From positions 1 to 39,810 of the forward strand of contig JAEEYQ010000036.1 of the NCBI GenBank assembly GCA_016288215.1: a DNA stretch of 39,810 bases, read 5' to 3'. Source of the DNA: Lentisphaeria bacterium. Lineage in GTDB: Bacteria; Verrucomicrobiota; Lentisphaeria; Oligosphaerales; Oligosphaeraceae. Every line of letters begins with the position of its first letter. The stretch's first letter is position 1. Below, one piece after another: positions 8,956 through 18,787 of the stretch. The translations under genes and the position numbers were made by a program. The notes beneath the pieces were generated by a model. That model saw only the letters and a list, made by a program, of their open reading frames with translations, searched no databases and was not told the DNA's origin.

Positions 8956-10272
8956 ATGTTAAAATCACAAGACTATGCCCTTGGTTTTCAGCATCTTCTG
9001 GCCATGTTCGGATCGACGGTGCTGGTTCCGCTGATCACCGGCCTGTCGCCGGCGGTGGCGTTGTTCACGGCAGGCGTGGGCACCTTGCTGTTCCATTTGT
9101 GCACCAAGGGCATGGTTCCGGTGTTCCAAGGGTCAAGTTTCGCCTACATTGGCGCCCTTTGCACCATCATCGGCCAGAGCGGAATTCCGGCGGCGCAGAG
9201 CGGCATCATGGCGGCCGGTCTGGTCTACCTTGTATTGGCCGCTATTGTCTATTTCATTGGGCCAGACAGACTTAGACAAATTCTTCCACCCATTGTGACG
9301 GGACCGGTCATCATCATCATTGGATTGTCGCTGACAGGCGTGGGCGTCAAGGATGCCTTCGGCTTCGTCGGCGACTGCGTCTTTGACACCGCCGCCCTGA
9401 AGAACATCCTCATCGCGCTTTTCGTCTTCGCCGTGGTCATGGCCGGCATGAATTCGCGGCGCCGCCTGTTCAGCATGGTTCCCATCCTCTTGGGCATCCT
9501 GCTGGGCTATGTGCTCTGCTGCGTGCTGAGCCTGTGCGGCATCTTCCACATGGACTTCTCGCCCATCGCCAACGCCCCATGGCTCAACCTCCCGTTCATC
9601 GGCGACAAACTGGGCACGAGCCAGATCGGCAACCCCTTCAGCATTCCCGAGTTCAATCTGACCGCCATCGTGATGATCGCCCCCATCGCATTGGTCACCT
9701 TCATGGAGCATGTGGGCGACATCACCACCAACGGCGCCGTGGTCGGCAAGGACTTCTTCAAGGACCCGGGCCTCCATCGGACTTTGGTGGGCGATGGTCT
9801 TGCCACCTTTGTGGCCGGCCTGCTGGGCGGCCCCGCCAACACCACCTATTCGGAGAACACTGGTGTGCTGGCCACCACCAAAAACTACAATCCGGCCCTT
9901 TTGCGGGTGGCGGCGGTCTTCGCCATCATTTTGGGTCTGGTCGGCAAATTCGGCGCCGTGCTGCAGACGATTCCCGCCCCTGTCAAAGGCGGCATTGAGC
10001 TGATTCTGTTTGGAATGATCGCCTCCGTCGGCATTCGCACCATCGCGGAGGCCAAGCTGAACATGGCCAGCACCCGCAACCTCTGCATCATGGGCAGCGT
10101 GCTCTGCGCGGGCATCGGCCTGGGGGCCACCAATGGCATCAACGTGGTCATTGGCGGCATTCCCATCAACATCTCCGCCCTCTTCGTGGCCACGGTGGTC
10201 GGCGTCATCATGAACGCCATCATCCCCAAGGACTTCAATCAGCGAAACAACGAAGCGGACAACGGCAAGTAG
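8956..10272 (+). CDS. uraA: Uracil permease (nucleobase:cation symporter-2 family, UraA/PyrP-like)
   Basis: NCS2 hallmarks: MLKSQDYALGFQHLLAMFGSTVLVPL… and a polytopic hydrophobic profile. GGAGGA RBS at 8947-8952 precedes the ATG at 8956. The ORF-track start at 8890 would add a non-hydrophobic extension. upp lies directly downstream. Confidence 0.9.
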   Translation: MLKSQDYALGFQHLLAMFGSTVLVPLITGLSPAVALFTAGVGTLLFHLCTKGMVPVFQGSSFAYIGALCTIIGQSGIPAAQSGIMAAGLVYLVLAAIVYFIGPDRLRQILPPIVTGPVIIIIGLSLTGVGVKDAFGFVGDCVFDTAALKNILIALFVFAVVMAGMNSRRRLFSMVPILLGILLGYVLCCVLSLCGIFHMDFSPIANAPWLNLPFIGDKLGTSQIGNPFSIPEFNLTAIVMIAPIALVTFMEHVGDITTNGAVVGKDFFKDPGLHRTLVGDGLATFVAGLLGGPANTTYSENTGVLATTKNYNPALLRVAAVFAIILGLVGKFGAVLQTIPAPVKGGIELILFGMIASVGIRTIAEAKLNMASTRNLCIMGSVLCAGIGLGATNGINVVIGGIPINISALFVATVVGVIMNAIIPKDFNQRNNEADNGK

Positions 10273-10308
10273 GGTAACTGAACATTATTTTCAGGAAGGA
10301 ATCGGCCC

Positions 10309-10941
10309 ATGGCAAACGGCACTCTCCATCTGATGGATCACCCCCTGATCCTCCACAAGATCTCCATGCTGCGCGACATCAAGACGAAGACGAAGGATTT
10401 TCGGCAGCTGGTCAACGAAATCGCCCTGCTCATCGGCTATGAGGCCACCCGCGACCTGCAGCTGGTCGATGTGGAGATCGAGACCCCGTTGTGCAAGACG
10501 ACAGGGAAGCAAATCACAAAGCAAGTCTGTCTGGCGCCGATCCTTCGGGCGGGCCTTGGCATGGTAGACGCCATGCTGGAGCTGATTCCCGCCGCCAAAG
10601 TCGGCCACATCGGCCTCTATCGGGACCATGAGACCCATCAGCCCGTGGAATACTACTTCAAGATGCCGCCGGATGTGGCGGAACGGGTGGTCATCCTGCT
10701 GGATCCCATGCTGGCCACCGGCGGCTCCGCCTCCGCCAGCATCTTCGCCCTGAAGAAGCGGGGCGTCAAGAAGATCAAGATGATCAACATCATCGGCGCT
10801 CCGGAAGGCTTGGCGGTCATCCGCAAAAACCATCCCGATGTGGACATCTATCTGGGCACCTTGGACGAATGCCTCAACGACAATGCCTATATCCTGCCTG
10901 GATTGGGCGATGCCGGCGACCGGCTCTTCGGCACCATCTGA
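10309..10941 (+). CDS. upp: Uracil phosphoribosyltransferase
   Basis: Full-length UPRTase with the PRPP-binding motif [13 protein letters not shown] and a C-terminal [16 protein letters not shown]. Located 36 bp downstream of the permease gene. Confidence 0.95.
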   Translation: MANGTLHLMDHPLILHKISMLRDIKTKTKDFRQLVNEIALLIGYEATRDLQLVDVEIETPLCKTTGKQITKQVCLAPILRAGLGMVDAMLELIPAAKVGHIGLYRDHETHQPVEYYFKMPPDVAERVVILLDPMLATGGSASASIFALKKRGVKKIKMINIIGAPEGLAVIRKNHPDVDIYLGTLDECLNDNAYILPGLGDAGDRLFGTI

Positions 10942-11004
10942 CACCTCTTCCGTCGGCTCTTCCATGGAAGCAAGTTCCATGGAAAGACCGTCGGCACAAA
11001 AAAA

Positions 11005-11026
11005 GACCTGCAGAAAACTGCAGGTC
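11005..11026. terminator. Bidirectional terminator hairpin shared by upp (plus strand) and tRNA-Met (minus strand)
   Basis: Perfect 9-bp stem gacctgcag-aaaa-ctgcaggtc. An A-run lies on the left, giving a U-run on the minus strand just after the tRNA 3' end. ctaaaa follows on the right. Confidence 0.6.
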
Positions 11027-11032
11027 CTAAAA

Positions 11033-11108
11033 TGGTACCGGGCATCGGGTTCGAACCAATGACACGTGGATTATGATTCCACTGCTCTACCGACTGAGCT
11101 AGCCCGGC
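11033..11108 (-). tRNA. tRNA-Met (anticodon CAT; elongator-type, tRNA-Ile2/lysidine identity not excluded), CCA encoded
   Basis: The reverse complement folds as a cloverleaf. Acceptor stem GCCGGGC/GCCCGGU (G1-U72). D-arm GCTC-AGTCGGTA-GAGC. Anticodon stem-loop GTGGA-AUCAUAA-TCCAC. 5-nt variable loop. T-arm ATTGG-TTCGAAC-CCGAT. Discriminator A, then CCA. Confidence 0.85.
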
Positions 11109-11123
11109 ATTGACAACAACCTT

Positions 11124-11151
11124 AAATTAATCGGCTTTCCCGCTTTGTCAA
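11124..11151 (-). promoter_or_regulatory. Sigma70-like promoter candidate for tRNA-Met (-35 TTGACA, 16-nt spacer, -10 TAATTT)
   Basis: On the minus strand TTGACA lies at 11151-11146 and TAATTT at 11129-11124. The distance to the tRNA 5' end (~15 nt) is long, so this is tentative. Confidence 0.3.
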
Positions 11152-11270
11152 CTCCGTTGCCCTAAAAAAACGTCGTTGACCGTGATTTTATCGTTCGGCC
11201 AGCGGGAGGAAAGGGAGAGGAGACAGCCCCAAAAACGTCATGGCCGCCTCCCGTCAACGGCATGGGCCGC

Positions 11271-12527
11271 TTATTCAAGCTCCGCGATGGGGGCGTCCTC
11301 GTCAAGGCAATAGGGGCCGGGGACGATGGGGCGCGGGTTGATCCAGTCTCCATGGGTGAAGTCCGGAACGGGAACCGGAAGGGAGCCCATGGCGATGGAC
11401 TCTTCGCTCAAGGGGGTGATGGCCATCCACGCCGCCGTGTCATAGACGTCGATGGGCGTCTGGGTGCCCTTCTTGACCGCGCAGATGAAGGCCCGCAGAA
11501 CCAATCCGTCCATGCCGCCATGTCCGCCGAAAATGCCGTTTTCGCGGTATTTGACCCACAGGGGATGTTCATAGCGGTCGTAGTAGTTGTCCAGATCCTC
11601 CCAACATTCGGGATCCCAGCCGCCCTGATTTTTGGTGATGCCCTCAATGGAGATGGAGTGTTTGTCCTCCATCCAGAGGCCACGGGTTCCCTCGACCACA
11701 TTGCAGCGGCTGTAGGGGCGGGGAAGAGAGCAGCCATGCTTCAGGAAGATGGTCTCGCCATTGGCGCAGCGAATCATGGTGGTGACGATGTCACCTTCGT
11801 TGAAGCGGGCCTTGGCCAGCGCGTCATCCTCTCCGCGGTTCCGCCGTGCCCATTCGTTCAATCCCACAGACTTGGAGGACATGGCGACCAGACTCACCAT
11901 CCGGTTGCCCCTGTTGATGTTCAAATATTTGGCGATGGGGCCGATTTCATGGGTGGGATAGATTTCACCGTTGCGGTGGCGAAAATTCTCCAGCCGATAA
12001 TGGCGGTTCTCCGCCCCCATGCAGATTTCGCTGCGCAGGTCGTGGCAGTAGCCGCCCTCCGCATGGACAACCTCGCCGAAGAGCCCCATGCGAATCATGT
12101 GCAGAATGGTCAGCTCCTCCCGTCCATAGCAGCAGTTCTCCAACATCATGCAGGGAACCTTTGTCTCTTCGTATTTGCGGACTAGGCTCCAGCACTCCTC
12201 GACGGACGTGGCGCCGCCCACTTCTGTGGCCACGTACTTGCCGGCATCCATGCTATCCAGACAAACCCGCACATGGCTGGTCCAGGAGCTAGGGGTGATG
12301 ACTGCATCTAACTCCTTCATTTCCAACATCTTACGATAATCCGTGAAGCCCTTCGGCTCCGGCTTCCCCTTGTCTACGGCGGCTTTTTGAGCCGCCTTCA
12401 CTCTGTCTTCATACAGGTCGCAGACGGCCTCCACCAAGACATCGGGCATATCCAGAATCAACGGAAGCAGCCCGCTTCCACGCGCCCCAAGACCCACGAT
12501 TCCAAGTCTGACTTTTTCCAAAGACAT
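11271..12527 (-). CDS. Gfo/Idh/MocA-family NAD(P)-binding oxidoreductase (GH109-like architecture)
   Basis: N-terminal Rossmann motif LGIVGLGARGSG, then the family's conserved EKP-like region. The ORF-track start at 12536 is GTG. I chose the ATG at 12527 (MSLEKVRLGIVG…) with GGAG about 10 nt upstream. Confidence 0.85.
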   Translation of the reverse strand: MSLEKVRLGIVGLGARGSGLLPLILDMPDVLVEAVCDLYEDRVKAAQKAAVDKGKPEPKGFTDYRKMLEMKELDAVITPSSWTSHVRVCLDSMDAGKYVATEVGGATSVEECWSLVRKYEETKVPCMMLENCCYGREELTILHMIRMGLFGEVVHAEGGYCHDLRSEICMGAENRHYRLENFRHRNGEIYPTHEIGPIAKYLNINRGNRMVSLVAMSSKSVGLNEWARRNRGEDDALAKARFNEGDIVTTMIRCANGETIFLKHGCSLPRPYSRCNVVEGTRGLWMEDKHSISIEGITKNQGGWDPECWEDLDNYYDRYEHPLWVKYRENGIFGGHGGMDGLVLRAFICAVKKGTQTPIDVYDTAAWMAITPLSEESIAMGSLPVPVPDFTHGDWINPRPIVPGPYCLDEDAPIAELE

Positions 12528-12740
12528 CAAGACCACTCCATGTTTTCGTTCAATGAATGGACGGAAGAGAACTCTCCCCTATATACCTATATATAATATA
12601 GTGTTGATTCAAAACCCTGTAAAAATCCACATCAAACACAAAAATAACCAAAAAGACATTTCAGACAGCATCAGCCTTTTCGCAGAACGGAGGCGAACTT
12701 CAGCGCCCTCCATGTCTGTTGTGGACTATAGACAGCCCGT

Positions 12741-13865
12741 TTAGCTGAAGAACTTCTTGGCCTTCTCCACAAAGGCCTTCCATTTGGGATAGATTTGGTT
12801 CTTGTCCCCACTGTCCTCGAACTTCTGCAGCAGCTCCTTCTGCTCCGCGCTCAACTTCGTGGGAACCTCCACGACCACGTGGACGTACTGGTCGCCCCGA
12901 TCCCGTCCCCTGACCAACGACGCCACGCCTTTTCCCTTCATGCGGAAGGTGGCGCCGTTTTGGGTCCCTGGAGGAATGGTCAACTCCGCCCGTCCGTCAA
13001 TCGTGGGGACTTCCACCTGGCCGCCCAAGGCCGCCGTGCAGAAGGAAATCGGCACTTCGCAGTGCAGACTCGTTCCGTCCCGCTCGAAAATCTCGTGGGG
13101 GCGAACTCGAAACAGCACATACAAGTCCCCCGCCGGCCCGCCGTTGCTGCCCGCCTCCCCTTCTCCGGAGACACGGAGCCGCGAGCCGGTGTCCACGCCA
13201 GCGGGCACCCGCAGAGAAATGGTCCGCTTCTTGCGGACAACCCCCTTGCCACGGCAGGTCTGGCAGGGCTTCTCCACAATCTGACCCGTTCCACGGCAGG
13301 TGGAGCAGGTTTGGCGGACACTGAAAAAGCCTTGGGACATCGTCACTTGCCCACGGCCATGGCAGGTGGGGCAGGTCTTCTTGGAGGAACCCGGCTCCGC
13401 GCCTGTGCCGTGGCAATGGTCGCAGTTTTCCGTGTGCTGGAAGCTGATCTCCTTGTTGCAGCCGAAGACCGCCTCCTCAAAGTTGATTTGCAGTTCGTAG
13501 GAGAGGTCATCCCCTTCCATGGGGCCGTTGGCGGCACGGCCGCCGCCGCCGAACAGATCGCTGAAGAATCCGCCGCCGGCGCCGCCGAACACTTGAGAGA
13601 ACAAGTCCTCCGCGGACATGCCGCTTCCGCCAGCGTTGCCTTTGGTGTACATGTCATGGCCCAGCTGGTCATAGCGCTGCCGTTTGTTCGCGTCCCCAAG
13701 AACCTCGTAGGCCGCGGAAATCTGCTTGAATTTCTCCTCCGCCGCCTTGTCCCCCGGATTACGGTCCGGATGGTATTTCATGGCCAGTTTTCGGTAGGCC
13801 TTTTTGATGTCCTCCGCCGAGGCGTCACGGGACACTTCCAATATTGAATAATAATCCTCTGCCAT
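12741..13865 (-). CDS. dnaJ: Molecular chaperone DnaJ
   Basis: J-domain with HPD ([11 protein letters not shown]…KYHPDRNP). Gly/Phe-rich linker. Four CxxCxGxG zinc-finger repeats. C-terminal peptide-binding domains. Confidence 0.95.
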   Translation of the reverse strand: MAEDYYSILEVSRDASAEDIKKAYRKLAMKYHPDRNPGDKAAEEKFKQISAAYEVLGDANKRQRYDQLGHDMYTKGNAGGSGMSAEDLFSQVFGGAGGGFFSDLFGGGGRAANGPMEGDDLSYELQINFEEAVFGCNKEISFQHTENCDHCHGTGAEPGSSKKTCPTCHGRGQVTMSQGFFSVRQTCSTCRGTGQIVEKPCQTCRGKGVVRKKRTISLRVPAGVDTGSRLRVSGEGEAGSNGGPAGDLYVLFRVRPHEIFERDGTSLHCEVPISFCTAALGGQVEVPTIDGRAELTIPPGTQNGATFRMKGKGVASLVRGRDRGDQYVHVVVEVPTKLSAEQKELLQKFEDSGDKNQIYPKWKAFVEKAKKFFS

Positions 13866-13906
13866 ATTGCTTCGTTTTCCTTATCCTATTGAGCACGAGA
13901 TCGTTA

Positions 13907-14767
13907 TCATTCTGCCTTCGGTCCATCGCCCGCCGCCGTCGCTTCCGGCTGATCCGTCGATTCCGCCGCCTCCGGCTCCGCTTTGGGCTTGCCGCTGCTG
14001 ACGACCACCGTGGCCGGACGGAGCAGATGGTCACCCACCTTGAAGCCAGGCTTCCATTGGCGGATGATGACGCCTTCCTCCACGGTCTCGCTGGCCTCCT
14101 GTGCCACCGCCTCATGCAGCTTGGCGTCGAAGGGGCAGTTCACGGCCGGAATCTCGGCCACGCCCAAATTGCCCAAGGTCCGTTTGAACTCGTTCAAGAT
14201 CATGTCCATGCCCTGCTTCAACGGCTCCAGGTCATTGGAGTGGGCCGCATGGTCCATGGCCATCATAAAATAGTCGTAGACATTTAGGAACTCGCTGATG
14301 GTGTTGATCTTAGCGCTTTCCCGATTCTCCGCGTACTCCCGCGCCATCCGCTTGCGATAGTTGTCGAATTCCGCACGGCAGCGCAGCAGCCGGTCGTTCA
14401 GCTCCGCGACCTTTGCCTCGCTTTCCGCCAGCTTCTCCTCCAACGTGGGCTCTTTCGGCTCCTCGGGCTTGGGCGGCTCCTCTTCCTTTTCGCCCTTCTC
14501 GCCTTTTTCACTCTTTTCGCCCTTCTCGCCGGACATGCCCATCTTGTCCTTCAACTTTTGGAAGAAACCGGTTTTCTCCGTGGCATCGCCGCTGTTGGCC
14601 GCATCGCCGTTTTCCGTCGCAACATTTTCGCCATCAACGGTTTCCTGCTGTTGCGCCTCTTCCGGGGCGGCCGCGGTTTCCATTTCTTCTGTCATCGTCT
14701 TTTTTCCCATGTCTTCTGTTTCCATCATCTTCACCTCGATTTCCCTTCCCCTCTGCCTATAAGTCAT
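13907..14767 (-). CDS. grpE: Nucleotide exchange factor GrpE, with a long acidic low-complexity N-terminal extension
   Basis: The core (…LEEKLAESEAKVAELNDRLLRCRAEFDNYRKRMARE…) is typical GrpE, positioned 41 bp upstream of dnaJ. The longest ORF starts at 14767. Alternative ATG starts exist at 14728 (preceded by GAGGTGAAG) and 14542 (preceded by AAGGACAAG; would give a typical ~212-aa GrpE). The true start is uncertain. Confidence 0.85.
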   Translation of the reverse strand: MTYRQRGREIEVKMMETEDMGKKTMTEEMETAAAPEEAQQQETVDGENVATENGDAANSGDATEKTGFFQKLKDKMGMSGEKGEKSEKGEKGEKEEEPPKPEEPKEPTLEEKLAESEAKVAELNDRLLRCRAEFDNYRKRMAREYAENRESAKINTISEFLNVYDYFMMAMDHAAHSNDLEPLKQGMDMILNEFKRTLGNLGVAEIPAVNCPFDAKLHEAVAQEASETVEEGVIIRQWKPGFKVGDHLLRPATVVVSSGKPKAEPEAAESTDQPEATAAGDGPKAE

Positions 14768-14835
14768 AACTTCTTCTGGCAGAATAACTTACAAAAACAA
14801 ATCTATCTTTCCTCCCCTAGATGCAACAAGACAAC

Positions 14836-14857
14836 CCGTGTGCCTTCGCACACGGAT
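14836..14857. terminator. Hairpin downstream of rpsA (perfect 8-bp stem ccgtgtgc-cttc-gcacacgg), no U-run
   Basis: Perfect inverted repeat lying between the rpsA stop (14893) and the grpE start. Confidence 0.4.
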
Positions 14858-14892
14858 TGCCTGCATTGCCCTCCGTCAGCCGATTTCGGCCC

Positions 14893-16377
14893 TCAGAGGT
14901 TCAGCTTGCCGAACACATCGCCCAAGCTGCCAAAATCGGAGCTTTCGGCGTCTTTGACATCGCGAATCGCGTCTCGTTCCTGCTCTTGCTCCAAAATTTC
15001 GGGCAGAGACAAAGAAATTCGGCGGTCGGTCACTTCACGCACCACGACTTCCACCTTCTTGTGCAGGGGGAAGGCCTTGTAGAGGGCGCGGACCTGCATG
15101 TTGCCGTTGCCGGTGATGCCAGTCTGGCTGATGTGCAGGAGACCAGTCTCGCCGTTGGGCAGCTTGATGAAGACGCCGAAGGGCTTCAGGCTTTCCACTT
15201 CGCCTTCAACCCGCTCGCCGGCGTTGATGGCGATGATCTCCTTCTCCTCCTCCAGAGACAGCTCCGCTGGCTTTTCCTCCTTGATTTTGGGCTCTCCAAT
15301 GCAGAGGGAGATGCGGCGGCGGTCCAAATCCAGACCCAAAATGGTCACATCGACCTCCTGCCCTTCCTTCAGCACGTCGGCGGGGTTGTCCACATGCTCT
15401 TCCACGCCCAGCTGGGAGATGTGGGCCAGTCCCTCCACGCCAGGCTCCAGCTCGATGAACGCGCCGAAGGAGGTCAGGCGGGACACCTTGCCGTGGCGTT
15501 TGGCGTTGATCGCATACGTCGGATCCTCCGGAATGCGCTCCCAGGGGCTCTTCTCTGTCTGCTTGATGCTCAAGGAGATGCGTTCGCGGGTATTGTCATC
15601 GCCCCAATTCACGTCCAGAACCTTGACGGTGACTTCCTGCCCTTCGCTGACGCAATCCTCCACCTTCAGGCCGCGGCCCCAGCCCATCTCGCTGACATGG
15701 ACCATGCCTTCCACGCCGCCCAAATCCACGAACGCGCCGAAAGGCATGATGCGGGTCACTGTGCCCGTGCGGATGTCTCCGACGGCCAGGCTGGCCTTGA
15801 GCTCATCCCGCTGACGGGCGGCTTCCTTCTCCAAAATCTTGCGGCGAGACAGCACGATGTTGCGTCCCTCTTCGCTGTATTCCGTGATCTGGAAGGGGAA
15901 GACCTGGCCGATGTACTCCGCCGGCTCTTTCTTCACGCCCCGCGCGTCAATCTGCGAGAAGGGGCAGAAGCCCTCCGCATTGGCCACCTGGACCGTGAAA
16001 CCGCCCTTGCGCTCGCCAGTGACCTTGCCGTCGATGGGCATGCCTGCATTGTAGGCATCCTCCACGCTGGAATCCACCGCGCTGCGGCCCATGCTGCGGA
16101 CCAGCTTCAGCCCGTCCTCCGTGGACTCCATGCAGTACGCCTCGATTTCATCACCGACCTTGAACTTCATTTCGCCCTTGGAGTCCAGCAGGTCCTTGGG
16201 GTCCATGATGCCGTCCGCACGGGTGCCCAAATTGACGAACACCGTGTTCTTGCCTATCATGGAAATGGTGCCCTTTACCTTTTCGCCCAGATGGACAATG
16301 CGGTTCTCTTTTTTGATGCTGGCTTCGAAAAGGCTTCCGAATTCGTTGTTTTCCTGAGACATGTTCGACCTTTGCAA
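14893..16377 (-). CDS. rpsA: 30S ribosomal protein S1 (multi-S1-domain RNA-binding protein)
   Basis: 494 aa with six tandem S1 domains. Repeated G-x-V motifs in GxVxG context (VKGTI, VDGKV, RTGTV, VTVKV…). AAAGG RBS before the ATG at 16377; a second ATG at 16362 also has an RBS. Confidence 0.9.
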   Translation of the reverse strand: MQRSNMSQENNEFGSLFEASIKKENRIVHLGEKVKGTISMIGKNTVFVNLGTRADGIMDPKDLLDSKGEMKFKVGDEIEAYCMESTEDGLKLVRSMGRSAVDSSVEDAYNAGMPIDGKVTGERKGGFTVQVANAEGFCPFSQIDARGVKKEPAEYIGQVFPFQITEYSEEGRNIVLSRRKILEKEAARQRDELKASLAVGDIRTGTVTRIMPFGAFVDLGGVEGMVHVSEMGWGRGLKVEDCVSEGQEVTVKVLDVNWGDDNTRERISLSIKQTEKSPWERIPEDPTYAINAKRHGKVSRLTSFGAFIELEPGVEGLAHISQLGVEEHVDNPADVLKEGQEVDVTILGLDLDRRRISLCIGEPKIKEEKPAELSLEEEKEIIAINAGERVEGEVESLKPFGVFIKLPNGETGLLHISQTGITGNGNMQVRALYKAFPLHKKVEVVVREVTDRRISLSLPEILEQEQERDAIRDVKDAESSDFGSLGDVFGKLNL

Positions 16378-16584
16378 ATTGACTATGAACGACTACAATG
16401 ATGGAGACCTCGCAAAACGGCCACGCCATTCCGACAGACATCCAAGCTGCCTTCGCCTCCATTGCCGTTGCATCGCATACGCCATGCGACGGGCAGACTT
16501 TCGGCGGGACAGTCTCGAATCCCATGACAAAATCCGCTGTGCTATTTTCCTTGGCCTCCTAAAACAAATCCTCTATTAATCCTC

Positions 16585-17793
16585 TTATGAGAACGCGGCG
16601 GGCGGCCGAATGCCGTCTGCCCAAACAAGACAACTTCCGGGTTCGCAGGGACTTATCTTGCCCTCCCGCAGCAATGCGGGCCGGAACCAGCTGCTGCCGC
16701 GGCGGGCCAGCCAGGTCCTTCCGGAGGCCTCCAGACGGAAGCTTCCCTTCAAGACCAAGAAGACGCCGCCATTCTCCGGAAGAGCGGTGACGTCCACAGT
16801 GCAGTCCTGAAAGAATTCCACCGCAAACTCCTCCACAGGAACGGTATAGACACTTCTGCCATGGCCGTCCTCTTGAGGCGGAACGGGGGCCAATGCCAGA
16901 GGCTCGAAAACAAGCGTTGACATAAGTGCCTTGATATCAACGGCTTTCGGAGTCAGTCCCGCTCGAATCACATTGTCCGAATTCGCCATGCACTCAATTC
17001 CCGTCCCTTCCATGTAGGCATGGGGCACATTGGCCGGAATGAAGAGCGACTGGCCCGGAGCCAGCGTGAGGAGGTTCAGCACATAGGCGAAAAGGACCCC
17101 GCGGTCCCCCGGATTGGCGGTGATCAGCTTCAGACAGAGCGCATCCCGTTCATTGGGCTTCTCCAGGCAGGCAAGCTCTTGACGGAGAGCCCGCAACACG
17201 GGACGCATCACCGCAAAGGGCAGCTTGAACAGCGTCTCGCACAGGGTGCGCAACGTCAGCGGCTGGGCCTCCTCCAGAACCTGTCTCCAGCGGGCAAGGG
17301 ACTCAAACCGCTCCACGTCCGCCCAAATGTCCTCCAATGGCCGAAATCCGGCCAAGGCCGTGAATCGGGTCAGAGCGATCATGATCTCCGGCTTGTGGTT
17401 CGCGTCCGGATATTGGCCGGGTCGATCCTGATGCAGCCGCGCGGCATTGGCCTTGTCAGGATGGCTTTGGATGGAAAGGGGCCGTTCACAGCTGAGGACT
17501 TTCAGCAAAAAGGGAAGACTGTCGTATCCCGCCTGCCGGGTCTCTCGTCCCAACGCCGCATCCGCATGCTCCTGAATGAAATGCAGCAGCGTCTCATCGG
17601 AGCGCTCATCCCCCACCAACGCGCTTTGGGACGGATGGGCTCCAATCCACAGCTCCGCCCACGGCGTGGAACAGTCCGTGCCCTTCCCAAGCAAGTCCGC
17701 AATGTACGGCACATGCTCCCCATGGGCTCGACAGCCCCATAGGTAATGCCGCACAAAGCAATGCAGCGGATAGAATTGCTCGGAAATTTCCAT
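16585..17793 (-). CDS. manA: Mannose-6-phosphate isomerase, type I (cupin PMI)
   Basis: PMI-I signature …PFLLKVLSCERPLSIQSHPDK… plus the N-terminal YLWG motif. The ORF-track start at 17802 is TTG; I chose the ATG at 17793 (MEISEQFYPL…). Confidence 0.85.
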   Translation of the reverse strand: MEISEQFYPLHCFVRHYLWGCRAHGEHVPYIADLLGKGTDCSTPWAELWIGAHPSQSALVGDERSDETLLHFIQEHADAALGRETRQAGYDSLPFLLKVLSCERPLSIQSHPDKANAARLHQDRPGQYPDANHKPEIMIALTRFTALAGFRPLEDIWADVERFESLARWRQVLEEAQPLTLRTLCETLFKLPFAVMRPVLRALRQELACLEKPNERDALCLKLITANPGDRGVLFAYVLNLLTLAPGQSLFIPANVPHAYMEGTGIECMANSDNVIRAGLTPKAVDIKALMSTLVFEPLALAPVPPQEDGHGRSVYTVPVEEFAVEFFQDCTVDVTALPENGGVFLVLKGSFRLEASGRTWLARRGSSWFRPALLREGKISPCEPGSCLVWADGIRPPAAFS

Positions 17794-17968
17794 GTTGCCC
17801 AATCGCTGATTTCCACGTTAATGAAAGAAGCTTTAATATAATAGATATACCCTCCCTTTCCACTTGACACGGCCAACATCTTACAAAAGAAGCCCCATGA
17901 AAGCGGCAATTCCCCGCCATGGACACGTCCCGTGTCTCACCTTCCATGTCCAATTTTCGCAAACGGCG

Positions 17969-18691
17969 TCACGCCAGCAGCTGCTCCTCCATGGCGAAAA
18001 TTTCCCCAAGTCCCTTTCTGGCAATGGTTAAGAGACGATTCAGATCGGTGTCGGAGAACGTGGCCTCCTCTCCGCTGCCCTGCAGCTCCACATAACGGCC
18101 GCCGGCGGTCATGACCACATTCATGTCCACATCCGCTGCCGAATCCTCCACATAGGCCAAATCCAGCAGGGCCTCCCCCTGAAGCAACCCCACGCTGACA
18201 GCAGCCACCCGATTCAAAATCGGCCATTGGTCGATCTTGCCCTGCTCCATGAGCCGTTTCGCCGCCAACTCCAATGCCACGCCCGCGCCGGTGATGGAGG
18301 CGCAGCGCGTGCCGCCGTCCGCGTCGATGACATCGCAGTCCACATGGAGAGTGATGCCCGGCAGCTTCTGCAAGTCCACCACCGCCCGCAGGGAGCGGCC
18401 CACGAGTCGCTGAATCTCCGCGGAGCGGCCGGACAGACGGCCTTTGGTCACCTCCCGATCCGTTCGGGTTCCCGTGGCCGACGGCAGCATCTGGTACTCC
18501 GCCGTGATCCACCCGCCAGGCACCTCCTGCTCCTTCATCCAGCGGGGGACAGACTCTTCCATGGAGACGGCGCAGATCACACGCGTCCCCCCGAATTGGA
18601 CCAGAACCGAACCCAGCGGATGAGATTGGAAGCCAATCTGAAAAGAAATGGGCCTTAATTCATCCAATTTGCGTTTATCTTCCCGTTGCAT
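17969..18691 (-). CDS. rph: Ribonuclease PH
   Basis: 240 aa, with RNase PH family motifs (…GSVLVQFGGTRVICAVS…DGGTRCASITGA…) and an ATG start. Confidence 0.95.
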   Translation of the reverse strand: MQREDKRKLDELRPISFQIGFQSHPLGSVLVQFGGTRVICAVSMEESVPRWMKEQEVPGGWITAEYQMLPSATGTRTDREVTKGRLSGRSAEIQRLVGRSLRAVVDLQKLPGITLHVDCDVIDADGGTRCASITGAGVALELAAKRLMEQGKIDQWPILNRVAAVSVGLLQGEALLDLAYVEDSAADVDMNVVMTAGGRYVELQGSGEEATFSDTDLNRLLTIARKGLGEIFAMEEQLLA

Positions 18692-18787
18692 TTTGTTTAT
18701 CTCCTTGCGTGGTGTATGTTATGGGGTTGGAAAAATCACTTTTGCCGACCAATCCGTTTGTCATCCCTATAACGTGTCCTCTTCTTC

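Noticed and set aside
11033-11108. tRNA as an integration hotspot for a mobile element
   Set aside because: Flanking genes (upp, Gfo/Idh/MocA oxidoreductase) are native-GC housekeeping or metabolic genes. No integrase or direct repeat of the tRNA 3' end is seen. The low-GC island is 13 kb away and not tRNA-associated.
14768-14892. CIRCE/HrcA operator upstream of grpE
   Set aside because: Searched for TTAGCACTC-N9-GAGTGCTAA; not present. The only dyad (14836-14857) is the rpsA terminator hairpin.
14821-16401. 526-aa stop-free plus-strand ORF exactly antisense to rpsA
   Set aside because: It spans the whole rpsA gene on the opposite strand. rpsA has unmistakable S1-domain repeats, whereas the antisense translation is low-complexity Ala/Gly/Leu-rich, the typical high-GC shadow. 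Other similar shadows are discarded for the same reason: 3587-4981(-), 19770-21098(-), 23194-24411(-), 31137-32426(+), 12795-13847(+), 11262-12185(+), 10291-10980(-), 9133-9777(-), 7694-8458(+), 35513-36178(-), 36387-37316(-), 32510-33229(-), 1236-1949(-), 1968-2558(-).
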